DNA of 64,000 nucleotides from Octopus bimaculoides (GCF_001194135.2 NC_069000.1:4672683-4736682); one strand, 5' to 3'; shown: positions 24,521 through 39,450, counted from the first letter of the stretch. Numbers and translations are program-made. Notes: generated by a model not told the origin, from the sequence alone.

Positions 24521-27500
24521 TATGTATATATGCATCGTATATGTATGCGTATGAAAACACCATAATATATATACACATACATAAATTACATCAAAATATG
24601 AAAAAAGTGTATATACTTGGAGCGCATTATTTATCGTGATACAAATTTAAATGTCTCAATGCAGCTAAGTTCAGATTAAATATTTTATTTATGACAAATG
24701 ATATAAAAGATTACGAAAGAATTTCGTTTCTGTCTTTATAAACAGTAATCAGTAGACATCCAGGAATCATATGAAGACAATGGAATTCTTCAGGGCTTAA
24801 TGTTCCTCAATTTCTAAAATTCCATATTCATCCGACTCGAAGGATATATAACTTCATGTTAATATATTTTGTGATGAAGAAAAGAATTAACAAATCCTTG
24901 GTGATTCCGAGATATTTAAATTTGTAATATGAAATATAAGTTTTAAAGTTTGTTAAAAGGTGAGCAATTTCGGGAGTTGGGTAAATCGATTACATCGACC
25001 CCCAGTACTCAACTGGAGTCGATGAATAGTTCTTCGGACATGGGGATAAGCGCCTTGGATTATTTCTTCCAGCTCCAGGCGTTCTGACTGCAAGTTCTAC
25101 AGAGGTAAATTTTGCTTTTCATCCTTTCCATAAAATAATATTCCAGTCATATGCTGGGGTCGATTCAAAACTGCTAGACATGTACCCAAACTAGATACAA
25201 CAATGAAATAACAAAAAGTGAAGGCGAAGATCTTCTTACAATGCGAAAAATGTAAGTTAAGTAATCTTTTTATTTCAGGCAGAAATGGCCATAATCCAAA
25301 TTGCAATTATTCAAGAAATATAAGTCTGCCTAGATCCAGGCAAGTGCTGTATTATCTGGTATAAAAAGACACATCAGATGTCATGATGGCTCTAAGCTGT
25401 AGGTACTGGAGGTGGGAAAACTCTGCATAAGGAGTAGAAAACCACCCTGTATACATACATACATAAAATATGTTTATAGATATCAATATTTATATGTTGG
25501 TAGTATTTTAGTCATTACGTAAAAATAGTACTTTTATGGATAGGTGACAATAATGCAGATGTAAAAAATAACGGTTTTAGTGTAGATTGAAACCCTGCAA
25601 AACTTATCGACCCATGGCCTGTGTTGTTGGGACGTTAGGTGTATACAAAATATCACTCATTTCGATCAGAGATTCACTGTTATCTCGGTATAGAATTACA
25701 CACAATATCATAAATCAATTCCATTGATGATCGACTATGTAGTACGTAATACTTTAACGATCCGTGCTAGAAAACGATACCTCTTTGTTACAATGAAAAG
25801 TAAGACGTACATACATACATACAAACACAAACACACACACATATATAAACGTATATGTATATCGTCCATGTGTCTGGTGAAATTCACTTGCAAACTGCTG
25901 TAGTGTTTATACGTATGTGCTTGCAGAACATTCAGCGCATTGAAATTCGAAACGGAAATAAGAGCAACATATGTGTATATATATTGGAGTCTTTAATTAG
26001 CCGTAATTCTTATGATATATACTCCTGTGTATATAATTCTTGTATCATTTTCCAGCAAAAGAACACAAAATTATATCTGCATAGCAGTTAACATGATTTA
26101 ATTTGTGTATGCATGCATACGTATGTATTGTATGTATGCATATATATATACGTGTATATATATATATATATATNNNNNNNNNNNNNNNNNNNNNNNNNNN
26201 NNNNNNNNNNNNNNNNNNNNNNNNNNNNNNNNNNNNNNNNNNNNNNNNNNNNNNNNNNNNNNNNNNNNNNNNNNNNNNNNNNNNNNNNNNNNNNNNNNNN
26301 NNNNNNNNNNNNNNNNNNNNNNNNNNNNNNNNNNNNNNNNNNNNNNNNNNNNNNNNNNNNNNNNNNNNNNNNNNNNNNNNNNNNNNNNNNNNNNNNNNNN
26401 NNNNNNNNNNNNNNNNNNNNNNNNNNNNNNNNNNNNNNNNNNNNNNNNNNNNNNNNNNNNNNNNNNNNNNNNNNNNNNNNNNNNNNNNNNNNNNNNNNNN
26501 NNNNNNNNNNNNNNNNNNNNNNNNNNNNNNNNNNNNNNNNNNNNNNNNNNNNNNNNNNNNNNNNNNNNNNNNNNNNNNNNNNNNNNNNNNNNNNNNNNNN
26601 NNNNNNNNNNNNNNNNNNNNNNNNNNNNNNNNNNNNNNNNNNNNNNNNNNNNNNNNNNNNNNNNNNNNNNNNNNNNNNNNNNNNNNNNNNNNNNNNNNNN
26701 NNNNNNNNNNNNNNNNNNNNNNNNNNNNNNNNNNNNNNNNNNNNNNNNNNNNNNNNNNNNNNNNNNNNNNNNNNNNNNNNNNNNNNNNNNNNNNNNNNNN
26801 NNNNNNNNNNNNNNNNNNNNNNNNNNNNNNNNNNNNNATATATATATATATATATATATACATGTATATGTAGAGCAATGTTGTTAATTTAATCACACAT
26901 TATAATCCGATCTCATGTGAGTGATGCTAATGTGTTTCGGTATAGAATAACCACAAAGCAACAAAAACAACAACGTTATTGATAATACAAATATTACTAA
27001 ACCTTCCTACTATTGCAACCACAACAACAACGACAACGCTCCGCCCCGCAACGTCCCCACTAGTATACTTGCCACTGCTGCTGCTGCTGCTACCACTACC
27101 ACTACTAACATTAATACGAAGATGATGAAAGGAAAATGAGAAGAGCATTAATAGAAACTGGAACAGAAACGATTCAGTGTGTACGTATATATATATATAC
27201 GCATATACATATATACATATATATATATGTATTTATATATATAAATTATAACGTTATTTTCGAAACGTCCACATACTGACAAACAATAACCAACAAATGT
27301 TAAAGGAGTCCTTCAACATCCTGCATTCAACGTCCATCCTTTTACAAAAGAAGGAGCGCGGTTAAAAAAGAATGTAATGATTACACTAGGAAACAAAATA
27401 CATGTGTACATCAGAAAGTAAAGAATAATGAAACCCATTTCATAAATCGATATCCTTGCGGTTTCTGTTCATATTTTATCCTTTGTAATTTTCTGTTGTG

Positions 27501-27640
27501 ATGCTCGCCTAGATACAAACATACATACAAAACATACATACATACATACATGCATATATACAAATATACATACATACATACTCACAAACACATGCAGACA
27601 TCCATACATATATGTGTATAAATGTACATATGTTGATATG

Positions 27641-27671
<31 letters not shown>

Positions 27672-28586
27672 GCATATATACATATATATGTATTCATATA
27701 TATATATATATATATANNNNNNNNNNNNNNNNNNNNNNNNNNNNNNNNNNNNNNNNNNNNNNNNNNNNNNNNNNNNNNNNNNNNNNNNNNNNNNNNNNNN
27801 NNNNNNNNNNNNNNNNNNNNNNNNNNNNNNNNNNNNNNNNNNNNNNNNNNNNNNNNNNNNNNNNNNNNNNNNNNNNNNNNNNNNNNNNNNNNNNNNNNNN
27901 NNNNNNNNNNNNNNNNNNNNNNNNNNNNNNNNNNNNNNNNNNNNNNNNNNNNNNNNNNNNNNNNNNNNNNNNNNNNNNNNNNNNNNNNNNNNNNNNNNNN
28001 NNNNNNNNNNNNNNNNNNNNNNNNNNNNNNNNNNNNNNNNNNNNNNNNNNNNNNNNNNNNNNNNNNNNNNNNNNNNNNNNNNNNNNNNNNNNNNNNNNNN
28101 NNNNNNNNNNNNNNNNNNNNNNNNNNNNNNNNNNNNNNNNNNNNNNNNNNNNNNNNNNNNNNNNNNNNNNNNNNNNNNNNNNNNNNNNNNNNNNNNNNNN
28201 NNNNNNNNNNNNNNNNNNNNNNNNNNNNNNNTATATATATATATATATAAATGTATATATATATACATATATATACACATATGCCTATATATATACATAC
28301 ATATATATCTTGTTGTATTTATGTATATGCATACTCACTCACATACATGCATATACATGTGCACGTGTGAGTGTACATATGCAAAGCAATGAGATAAAAC
28401 AGGAATTCTTTATATATGTATATATATACATACATACTTAAATGTTTTGTGTGTGGCTGTGTGTATTTCGTAGCGTTTTGATTTTGATTTTCGCTTTCAG
28501 GTTTTCTGCCTTCTGAATTGAAAACAAATAATATTGAGCTTATTTTTACACGATGCTACTCAATTTTCTCTCTTCACGTAACTCAC

Positions 28587-28651
28587 CTTTGCCTATGGAA
28601 ATGCCTTTGTATTTGTTTATTTATGGCAGGAGAAAAATCTATAAAGACCTT
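28587..28651 (-). other. Candidate 65-nt exon (unassigned)
   Basis: atatatcaattttcag| and AAG|gtgagt (consensus donor). One open frame: KVFIDFSPAINKQIQRHFHRQ. Confidence 0.3.
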
Positions 28652-29401
28652 CTGAAAATTGATATATTTATTTCACACAATTACATTTGATTAGCGTGAG
28701 ATATTTTTGCATAAGGCACTCGGTCTCAGCAACCAAGATGTATATACATACATACATACATACACACATACATATATATATACATACGNNNNNNNNNNNN
28801 NNNNNNNNNNNNNNNNNNNNNNNNNNNNNNNNNNNNNNNNNNNNNNNNNNNNNNNNNNNNNNNNNNNNNNNNNNNNNNNNNNNNNNNNNNNNNNNNNNNN
28901 NNNNNNNNNNNNNNNNNNNNNNNNNNNNNNNNNNNNNNNNNNNNNNNNNNNNNNNNNNNNNNNNNNNNNNNNNNNNNNNNNNNNNNNNNNNNNNNNNNNN
29001 NNNNNNNNNNNNNNNNNNNNNNNNNNNNNNNNNNNNNNNNNNNNNNNNNNNNNNNNNNNNNNNNNNNNNNNNNNNNNNNNNNNNNNNNNNNNNNNNNNNN
29101 NNNNNNNNNNNNNNNNNNNNNNNNNNNNNNNNNNNNNNNNNNNNNNNNNNNNNNNNNNNNNNNNNNNNNNNNNNNNNNNNNNNNNNNNNNNNNNNNNNNN
29201 NNNNNNNNNNNNNNNNNNNNNNNNNNNNNNNNNNNNNNNNNNNNNNNNNNNNNNNNNNNNNNNNNNNNNNNNNNNNNNNNNNNNNNNNNNNNNNNNNNNN
29301 NNNNNNNNNNNNNNNNNNNNNNNNNNNNNNNNNNGTGCATGTAAGCATGTATATGAATATTGGCGTTTATGTAAGTAATGCAGCCGGGAATTTGAATAGA
29401 G

Positions 29402-29463
<62 letters not shown>

Positions 29464-29489
29464 TATTATTATTCCTGGTATAATACGAG

Positions 29490-29697
29490 TAGCGGGTCTG
29501 GCAGAATTGTTAACACGCTGGACTGAAAGCTTAGCGGCAATTCTCCTGGCGTTACGTCCTGAGTTCAGCTTTCTCCAGAGTCAACATTGCCTGTAACCCA
29601 TTTAAGAATCGATAAAGTCGGGCCCTGTGGTTCATATAATCAACTGGACAAAAATTGCCCCACGCAAAAATTTCAGGCCTTGTAACTTTAGCAGAAA
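29490..29697 (+). mobile_element. SINE A, diverged full-length copy
   Basis: gcgggtctggcagaattgttaacacgctgg...cctgagttcag...aaatttcaggccttgtaactttagcagaaaa. Confidence 0.75.
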
Positions 29698-29769
29698 AAC
29701 AAATCCTAATATATTATTCTGCACACTATCGTAATAAAGTTTTGCTGCTATACAAGAAAGAAATCGAGG

Positions 29770-29910
29770 AGAAGAAGAAGAAGAAGAAGAAGAAGAAGAA
29801 GAAGAAGAAGAAGAAGAAGAAGAAGAAGAAGAAGAAGAAGAAGAAGAAGACGTAGAAGAAGAAGAAGAAGAAGAAGAAGAAGAAGAAGAAGAAAAAGAAG
29901 AAGAAGAAGA
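29770..29910. repeat. (GAA)n microsatellite, about 45 units
   Basis: Direct reading; source of the poly-K/S/L ORFs. Confidence 0.95.
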
Positions 29911-30455
29911 GAAAGAGAGAGAGAGAGAATATATAGATATATCATGTGTACATAAGTAGACATTTTGCTCCAATGCAGAGAAAAAAACATGGAAAGAAAA
30001 CTCTTAAATAACCATCTGACAGAGTGAGTGAGTAATTGATAGAAAGACGGACGGACTGATGCATAAATGGACAAAAGGACAGAGGAAAATTAAAGAGCGT
30101 GAACGGACAGACGAGAAAGAATCGGCAACACGGAATAACAAGAGATCTGTAAAGAAATTCCTCAAGAGATAGGAATCGTCTTACATGACACGACGCGAAT
30201 ATCAAAATGGAAAAGAGTCGTTAGTTTCGAAGTAGCTTGTCTGACTTTTAATTGGAAATACGAAAGCAAATTTACCTGGACACGCATCGTCCGGATAAAC
30301 CACGTAAATATAGACACACATAAACACATCCGTCATTCGGGTCTGCAAACACACACACACAAACACACACACATATGTGTGCGTGTCTGTGCATGTGTGT
30401 ATGTATATATGTATCTGCGCATGTTCATACCTATATATATATATACCTATATACA

Positions 30456-30510
<55 letters not shown>

Positions 30511-30726
30511 ATATANNNNNNNNNNNNNNNNNNNNNNNNNNNNNNNNNNNNNNNNNNNNNNNNNNNNNNNNNNNNNNNNNNNNNNNNNNNNNNNNNNNNN
30601 NNNNNNNNNNNNNNNNNNNNNNNNNNNNNNNNNNNNNNNNNNNNNNTATATATATATGCATACATATATATATATACATGAATACGTATACATATATGTA
30701 TGTATATATATATGTATGTATATATG

Positions 30727-30758
<32 letters not shown>

Positions 30759-30849
30759 CGTATATATGTATGTATATATAGTCGACATGATTGACCACTA
30801 AATCCACAAGTTTTCTTTTCTTCTCTCTCTTTGTATTCTCTCGCGTTCC

Positions 30850-30950
30850 TGTCTGTTGAAGAGCGTAGGCTCGAAACGTAAAAGACTTTCACAGCTTCCC
30901 GAGCGTCAAACTAATACACCTGCTTGTTGTTTGTACACCTGTTTTCATCT
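30850..30950 (+). mobile_element. Probable Penelope-like element terminal fragment with a minimal hammerhead-like motif
   Basis: gtctg-TTGAAGA-gcgtaggctc-GAAACGTA-aaagac: core-like boxes, palindromic ACGU stem III and imperfect stem I. Confidence 0.4.
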
Positions 30951-31983
30951 TATGTTTTTTAAATTTCAGCGCTTTTTCCTGAAATTTACAAGAGAATTAA
31001 TTAAAATTACTTATCAGGTTTGGAAAGGAAAGTAGTGACAAGTATCAAATATATGACATGTTGCCGGAAAATGGTGACAACTCCGAAATGTTTCTGCACC
31101 TTTAAAACAACTCCTCAGCGAAAGTGGACAGCATTGTATGGCTCTTAACCAACCTACTTGTAGCTTCCTACCTGAAATTTAGTAAGCTTATAGTGAAGTG
31201 TAGTTTTGATAATTTCCAATATCAACAATCATATCATACAACCTTTAAGTGGTCACGAGTTAACAATCTTGTGACGAGTAAGCCGACGTTTTCATTCAAA
31301 ATTATTCAATTTTGAAAGAGCTGTAACTTTCGCAAACATAGAAACAGTTTCAAGAAATTGAAGACAAATACGTTGAAAAGTATAATTAGAAAGCTGAAGG
31401 TTTATAGAAGTTATAATATTCGAAGAAAACCTGGCTTCGGTAATAAGAATATTCTACCGAAATTGATATTAAGTACCGTCATAGAAAGACAGTTAATTTA
31501 GCAAAGAGCTTTGAAAGGATGGAAAAGTATTAATGGAGCGTTTCGGAGTGAAATGTGTAGAAACGGTTATTGGGATTGGCTGAGGAATTAGGTCGGTTGA
31601 TAGATAGAAGTACGAAGAGATATCATAAAGAGACAGAGAGAGAGGGAGATAAAGGTAGCGAGAAAATTGTGAATAGGAGAACTAGAGAGAGGAATTTTAA
31701 CGGGAGAGAGAAGAGAAACTGTTAAATGGAAAAGCAGCGAGAATTCTTTTCAGGTGTGTTCATCTCGCTTCTTTCTTTTCTCTCGCTCTCTTTTACCGCG
31801 TCTTTCTTTCTGTAAATACACACAAGAGTGCACACAAGCGCAAAAACACACAAAGGTATTAATGAATGCGTATATGAATATATATAGAAGAAAGAAAAAA
31901 AAGGGAGAGAGATAGAGAGAGAGAGACTGAGGTAGAGTTTAGAAACAGCAAGAAGAAGAGATCGGTAGACAATTAGTGATATA

Positions 31984-32036
<53 letters not shown>

Positions 32037-32187
32037 ATAGATATATAGAAATGATACATAGTACAGAGAGATATGCACATATACACTGCAATATCAGAGT
32101 TGTTAAGACTATACGAAAATATATAACATACGGTGCAAAGTTTATCTGATACAGAATTCAATATTACAAGGAAAAAATTGAAAGCCT

Positions 32188-32230
<43 letters not shown>

Positions 32231-32556
32231 ACAAACATATATATATATACATGCACATATATAGAAAAAAATGAACGTAATTATTTATAACGTAAATACA
32301 CATGTGGAATATACATGCATACACACAGACACATACACGCATACACATACGCGCATATTTATATATATAGCAATGTATGAATAAATGGATGTGTGTGTGT
32401 GTGTGTCTGTATTTGGTTGTGTATATCGAAAGAAGCACGGAAAATTGAAGTGATGCAGAAGCCCGCAGAGAATTACCAATTTTGGCCAGGTAAATGGATA
32501 ATTATCTAAACAGCTAGATAGGTAGGAAAACAGAGAGCGGGTCATACAGAGAGACA

Positions 32557-32615
<59 letters not shown>

Positions 32616-33088
32616 GAGACATATACATATATATATAAGTATGTATATGTATATATATATGAATATAAATATATATGNNNNNNNNNNNNNNNNNNNNNNN
32701 NNNNNNNNNNNNNNNNNNNNNNNNNNNNNNTATATATATACACATATATACATACATATATATATATGTGTGTGTATACGTATATGTGTATGTATGTATA
32801 TATATATATATATATATATATTATCTGTATACATAAATGTATGTAAATATACATGCATATATATATATATGTGTGTGTGTGTTTAGGCATTATGTATTTA
32901 CTGTAACACATGTTTCATTTGTTCATGGGAATCGCAAAATTGTACATGATGGATAAACTTATAAGAAATTTCCTATTATTAAATTTTCAAACAGGAAATC
33001 AAATAATTCCTGTGTTTGCATGCATGTATGTGTTTTAGTATGTATGTATGTATGTTGGTATGTATGTATGCATGTATGTATGTGTGTG

Positions 33089-33131
<43 letters not shown>

Positions 33132-33448
33132 TGTTTCATGCATGTACGTTTGTTTGTATGTATCTCAAACATCATTCACGTGATCTGTAAGTGTATGAAG
33201 AAGAATTCTTTATATAACCCAGGTTTCAAATAAACGGAAACCTCCCGTTGCTGAAGTGTAGCGTAAGAATGAAATATTTGGCACTTCATTTGCTCCATGT
33301 TTTCAACATCGTGAAGTAGACACGCAAAACATTGATATATAGAGACATGGATAATGAAAACAACGTCATAGCCATGTTTATTATCTAATATACATTGTAT
33401 AATAACCTGCGCAGTCATCTAATCATAACCAAATATTTATAATATATA

Positions 33449-34011
33449 CGAGGGTGAGTCCGAAAGTAATGCCCTTTTGTTTAGGATTGGTGTAATTTCC
33501 AACACAGTAACATGTATCTTACATCAAAATGAAACTGGTCCTCTGTGGATCACATCCATACTTCTTAACATAGTCACCGTTACTCTCAGTAGCAATGTCC
33601 CACCTTCGAAGGAGAGCATGTATCCCTGCCCCGTAAAATTTTGTTGACTGTTCTTTGAGCCACTTCCTCATTAAAGTTTTCACTTCCTCGTCACTGGACT
33701 ATCATCGTCACAGGTCTATCATCTCTTTGACCCCATGAAAGAGGGTTTGAGAGGCAAACATTATTCCAGTGACGAGTAAGTGAAAACTGTAGTGAAGAAG
33801 AGACTCAAAGAACAGGCAACAGAATTTTACGGGGCAGGGATACATGCTCTCATTCGAAGGTAGAACATTGCTATTGAGAGAAACGGTGACTATGTTGAGT
33901 AGGGATGTCATCCACAGAGGACCAGCTTCATTTTGATGTATGATACATGTTCCTGTGTTGGTAATTATACCTGTCCTAAACAAAATGGCATTACTTTTTG
34001 ACTCACCCTCC
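33449..34011. mobile_element. Palindromic non-autonomous mariner made of two inverted 3' ends
   Basis: TA|cgagggtgagtccgaaagtaatgcc ... ggcattactttttgactcaccctcc|TA. Arms 33449-33698 and 33765-34011. Plus strand reads HLFDPMKEGLRGKHYSSDE*VKTVVKKRLKEQATEFYGAGIHALIRR*NIAIERNGDYVE. Confidence 0.9.
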
Positions 34012-35038
34012 TACATTGCCTTGCATTATGTATTCTCATTGTTCGTTGCTGAAGGTTGTGGTGTAGGGACAGGTGCACCAACTTTATGCAGCGGTTTATG
34101 CTTCTGGTCATGGTTATACTGTCAAGTAGGATACATCTCCATCATTCTTTATGTCCTTCGGCCAGTAATTTCATGGTCTCTGGCTTCGTCGTTTCCAATG
34201 GACAGATAAATAGATCGACCGATAGATAAATTGATGAATTGATGGGTAGATTAATAGAAATAAGTGCACAACAAGTCTTTGAATGAAATAGTCTCTATGT
34301 CTTCACTCAGCCGGCTAGAAATAACAATTAATCGCCCTTCAAGTCCTGACATAACAGGAGAGAAAGAGAAGGGGCTCTGTAGATATTTTAGAAAAAAAAC
34401 CCAACAAACAAAAAGCACATGAGTGCAACGGTAACGCCATTACTGCGTTGATATGTAGCTAACAACAGCATGGTCAACATCATTAAGAACAGCAACAAGA
34501 ACAACAATTACACTAACAACAAATATAGCAACAATAATAACAACAATAATTACCACAACAGCTACAGCATCATCAGCCGCAAGAAATTATGTTATGCTTC
34601 CATTTCTATGGTATTTTCGCAGTTTCTGTGTTGTACAGAATAAAAATTACAGTTTTCAAAATAACTATAACCCAAGATGGCCGATGTCTTTCTAATAGAT
34701 TCATTTAGTCTTTATATATTTTTGTACCATTTCTTCAGACATTCAACGATCGATACATCTGCAGAGTGTACACATACGTGCGTGAGGAGTAAATGTATAT
34801 GTGGGCATATATGTGTGTGTGTGTAAATACACATGTATACCACACACAATTATATATAAATATATGCGTATACATGTATGTATATATGTAATCACACGTA
34901 TATATGCCTGTGCGTATAATAATATACACCTCTACATACATGTGTGTGCGAGCGAGTGTGTAGGGGTAAATACATTCACCTATACCTATATCTAAATTAA
35001 TTAATGATGAACTCAGCATCTTGTTTACACCATTCATT

Positions 35039-35097
<59 letters not shown>

Positions 35098-35919
35098 CAT
35101 ATCTCTTTCTCTCTGTGTCTGTTTGTCTCTTTCTTTGTCTGCCTCTCTTTGTCTCCCTCTCGATCTCACTATATAATTAAAACATCAATGTTCAAATATT
35201 CCTTGTCAAATAATTTTTACTGTAATTTTATTTTTTGCGCCCTGAAACTTCTGAACATCCGTCAGCACATCTTTCCATCTTACTCTCTTTCTACCTTTCT
35301 TTCTCTTCCCTTTTCTCTATCTCTGTCTCTCTCTATCTGTTTCTCTGTCTGTCTATTTGTGTAGATATATTTGTACCAATCTCTCTACCCATACCGATCT
35401 TTGTAACTATTATTCTATCTACACACATATACACATATATGCACATATATACATAAACATATGTATACGTACATATATATATACACACAGTCCTACTTGT
35501 AGACACACACATATTTCGGCTTCTGGTTCTATTCTACTTCTTAGAAGAAGTTGAATGAGTTCAAGTGGTATGACCATTCTCTACATTATATACGATGATG
35601 TATTTTTGGTGTGGTTGTTGTTTGTTGATTTTGGGTTAAAAATAAAGATTTTCTGTATTTCTGTTATTCTATGTGTATCTTAACTGTCCTCCAGTCTTAT
35701 GGTGATATCAATTAATAACACACACACACATACTACACTCACACACACACGTACGTGTGAGTTTGGCCATACTTAGAAATTTTAAAAATATACTTTATAT
35801 ATATATATATATATATGTGAATACACGCACACACACATAAACACACAAACACACACACACACTTAAATACGTATATTTAGGTATTCTACTTTAAAAATTT
35901 TTTTCTTTATTTCTTCCAT

Positions 35920-36047
35920 CATCATCATCAGCAGCATGGTCTTCATCATCATCACCACCACCACCACCACCACCACCACACTCACCAGCACCATTACCAC
36001 CATCACAACCATCACCATTACCTTTGTTAATACTTTCATTATCATCG

Positions 36048-36081
<34 letters not shown>

Positions 36082-36255
36082 TATCATCATCATCATCATC
36101 GTCGTCGTCATCGTCAATATCATCATCCCCACTACCACCCTCACTACCAGCACCACCACAACTACCACCACCACCACTACATTCACCAGCACCATTACCA
36201 CCATCACCACAATCAATATTAATACTTTCATCATCATCATCACCATCACCATCAC
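35920..36255. repeat. Compound (CAT/CAC)n trinucleotide tract
   Basis: Direct reading; source of the poly-M/V/T/S ORFs. Confidence 0.9.
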
Positions 36256-37042
36256 GTTGTTTTTTTTGTATTGTTTTATTTTGTTTTTCCCTGTCTCGTT
36301 CTCTGCCATGTTGAATGATTTGGAAGAAAATTTAAAGAAAAACATCTCAGAAGTAAAAATTAAAATAAACATGTTATTTGTAATATCCAAAAAAAAAAAA
36401 GAAACAGAAACCGAAAACAAAAACAAAACAAACTTTGTTTTGTTTTGCTGTTTTTCGTTATATTATTTTTTTTTGTTTTTGGGTAGTCTTGCTGTTTTTT
36501 TTTAATCTCACAAGAAATGTCTTCCAAAAAAAAATTTAAAAAGAAAAAAAAAACAACTATGACTTAACGAGGTAAAAATCAACAACTTTTCGAATTACTT
36601 TTTCTAAATGAAAAGATTATTTTTCTTTCTACACAATATGTCTTGTTTAAGATTTCTGTCATAATATATTTTTCATATGCATTATCAGCACTTCCTCCTC
36701 ATAACATTACCAGCGCCTTTGTATATATATAAAAAAAAGAAAAAGTGAACGTTATCAGCATTCCTTGCACAAATTATCAACCCTTTCTTCACCAAAAAAT
36801 ATCAAAACTTCGTTCACCCAGCATTATTAAAATTTCTCAACACAACCTTGTAACTAATTGCTTCAACCCGTTTTATCGCTAACAGTTTCACCCAACATTA
36901 TCATTACTACCTCATTCAACATTGACTCTTTCTCCAACATTATCACTAATTCTTCAGTCAACATTGTTTCCACATCGTCCACCCAAAATTATCTTTCCTT
37001 GACTTCAAATAACATTATCACTACGTTATATTATCTGTACTT

Positions 37043-37189
37043 AAGGCGGGGAGATGGCAGAATCGTTAGCACTTAATCGACTTTACCTTTCATCCTTTCG
37101 GGATCGATTAAATGAGTACCAGTGATCACTGGGATCGATGTAATCGACTTACCCCTCCACCTACCTTGTTGGCCTTGTGCCAAAATTTT
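37043..37189 (+). mobile_element. SINE A with internal deletion, tail type 2
   Basis: aaggcggggagatggcagaatcgttagcac joined directly to tcgactttacctttcatcctttcggg...ggccttgtgccaaaattt. Confidence 0.85.
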
Positions 37190-37211
37190 AATTAATATTA
37201 TCAGTAATTAG

Positions 37212-37430
37212 AAGGCAGTGAGTGGGAAGAAACGTTAGGACACTGGCTAATATGCTTAGCGGCATTTCGTCCAGTTTTACGTTCTGAATCCAAATTCTGC
37301 CGAGGTCGACTTTGCAATTCATCCTTTCGGAGTCGATAAAATAAGTACCAGTTAAGCACTGGGGTCGATGTAGTCGACTAGTTCCCTTCCACCCACCCAA
37401 GTTGCTGGCCTTCTGTCAAAATTTGAAACC
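37212..37430 (+). mobile_element. SINE A, full length, tail type 2
   Basis: Head, gttctgaatccaaattctgccgaggtcgactttgc core and tail gctggccttctgtcaaaatttgaaacc. Confidence 0.9.
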
Positions 37431-37873
37431 GATATTATCAGTACTTGGTCACCCAATCTCTTTCATAAACCCTGACACCTCCATCTTTTTCTCTGTCACC
37501 GTCACCCCATCTTTTTTATCATCTTTGTCCCCTTTCTTCATCTCCTCCACCTCATGCTCTCCCCTATCTTGACCTATTAATCCTATCAACACACATTTCC
37601 CTATAACACCTTCTTCGACAAGTCTCGTCACTCCAGTTTCTCCTAGCACAACTCGTTACCCTTATCACTGACACCTCTCTGTAATCGTCATTCCTTCTTT
37701 CTCTTTCTTTTGCTACAACACCCTTGCCAACTCTCCCCTTTGCGCCATCTACATGAAAAATTGGATATTCTATTTCCGGGAACTGTATACAACTTCCGTA
37801 AGCTAATTAATTAATCGATATTTGAAACATATCTCATCTTGTCTACCTCTAACATTTAAATACCCAAAATGCC

Positions 37874-37941
<68 letters not shown>

Positions 37942-39378
37942 CCATTTATCTCTCTATGTATCCCGCGGTGTATACATACGTGTGCGCTTTCGTCTATGTG
38001 TGTCTGTATGTATGAACGTGTCTGTGTGTGTGTGTGTGTGTGTGCGTTGGTATGTGTGTGTGTCTATAACTCATTTCCTGAAATGTCCAATATTTACATA
38101 ATTTTCTCATTAAATATGTCATATTTTCTATTTCCTACATATTTTAGATGTTCAATATTCAGTTATATTTAATTAAGGTGTATGGTACAATATAGTTTTC
38201 AATTTGTGAGTGTATATACACATATGAGCATGTGTGTTCGTGTGCGCGTATATATTTATTTTCACAGAGGCAGACGAACAAAAATAGACAGAAATAGGCT
38301 GATAGATATAAAAATATGTCTTTCTAAACGTTCGAACGGTTAATTCAGCAGCTATTCTGTGCTGATAAAGAACAATAAGCCGGAAACCCGTCCACAGATG
38401 TTGCTTTGTGCTGGATGGGAGCGCTGGACTTCCTGGTCGAAAATATAAGGACACAGATATTGGGTCGTATAGCCAGAAGTGTGACGAAAGAACTCTGACC
38501 TGAAATACAATTAATATGAAGTAAAGCTGAAGCTAGCGAAGGCCAAATATACAGTGCGTGTGTTTTCACTGGCTAAACTGGCAACATAACCATCCCAAAA
38601 TACAACAATATCTGTTTCAACACAGGAATTCACATCAAGAATCTTGCAAAACGAATGTATATTTATATGAATTGCGTTTGTGTGTATGCGTGTTTCTTTG
38701 TGTGTGCGTTTGTTTCTTTGTGTGTGGGTCTGCGTTTAACTATGCCTAAGCACTCATGCGCGTGTGCACATAAAAGAGCTGAAACGGTTATCTCAAAAAC
38801 AGGCAAACTATCAGAGCACAACATTTAATGAGATTTCGTATTATTGAATTTGTTGTTGTTATTGTTGTAGATGTTATATTTATAGTTTCTCTTATAACTA
38901 TTGTTGATGTGAAATTGGTTCGCATTTTCCCGTTGCCTTAAAAAATTGCTTTTTTTAAAAAATATTTATATTGGTCTTTTTATTGGTTATGTTTTGATTC
39001 TCATATTTTAGTTTTGTTTTGTATGTGTTGTGTATAAGTGGTATCGTGTGTTAAATATAATATCAATATAATTGAAATATCGATATCCTATTAAGAGATG
39101 TATGTTGGTTATTATAGTGCTACTGAGAAATTGTGGACTACACATTTCCAAGAGAACCACATCGCAGTTTAAAGTTGACTATAGAGATGAGATGCACTCA
39201 AACAAATTCTTCATCTCTGATGTTTAAACCAAAAGCTCTATTATCGTAGGGAACGACCTGAAGTTCAATATGTTTGTTTGTGAATCTATACATGACCGTC
39301 TGCTTTTCTGTCTGTCTGTTTGTCTTCCTGTCTATCTATCAATTTATCTATCTATCTACCTGTCTGTCTGCATGCCTG

Positions 39379-39434
<56 letters not shown>

Positions 39435-39450
39435 GCTATCTATCTATCTA

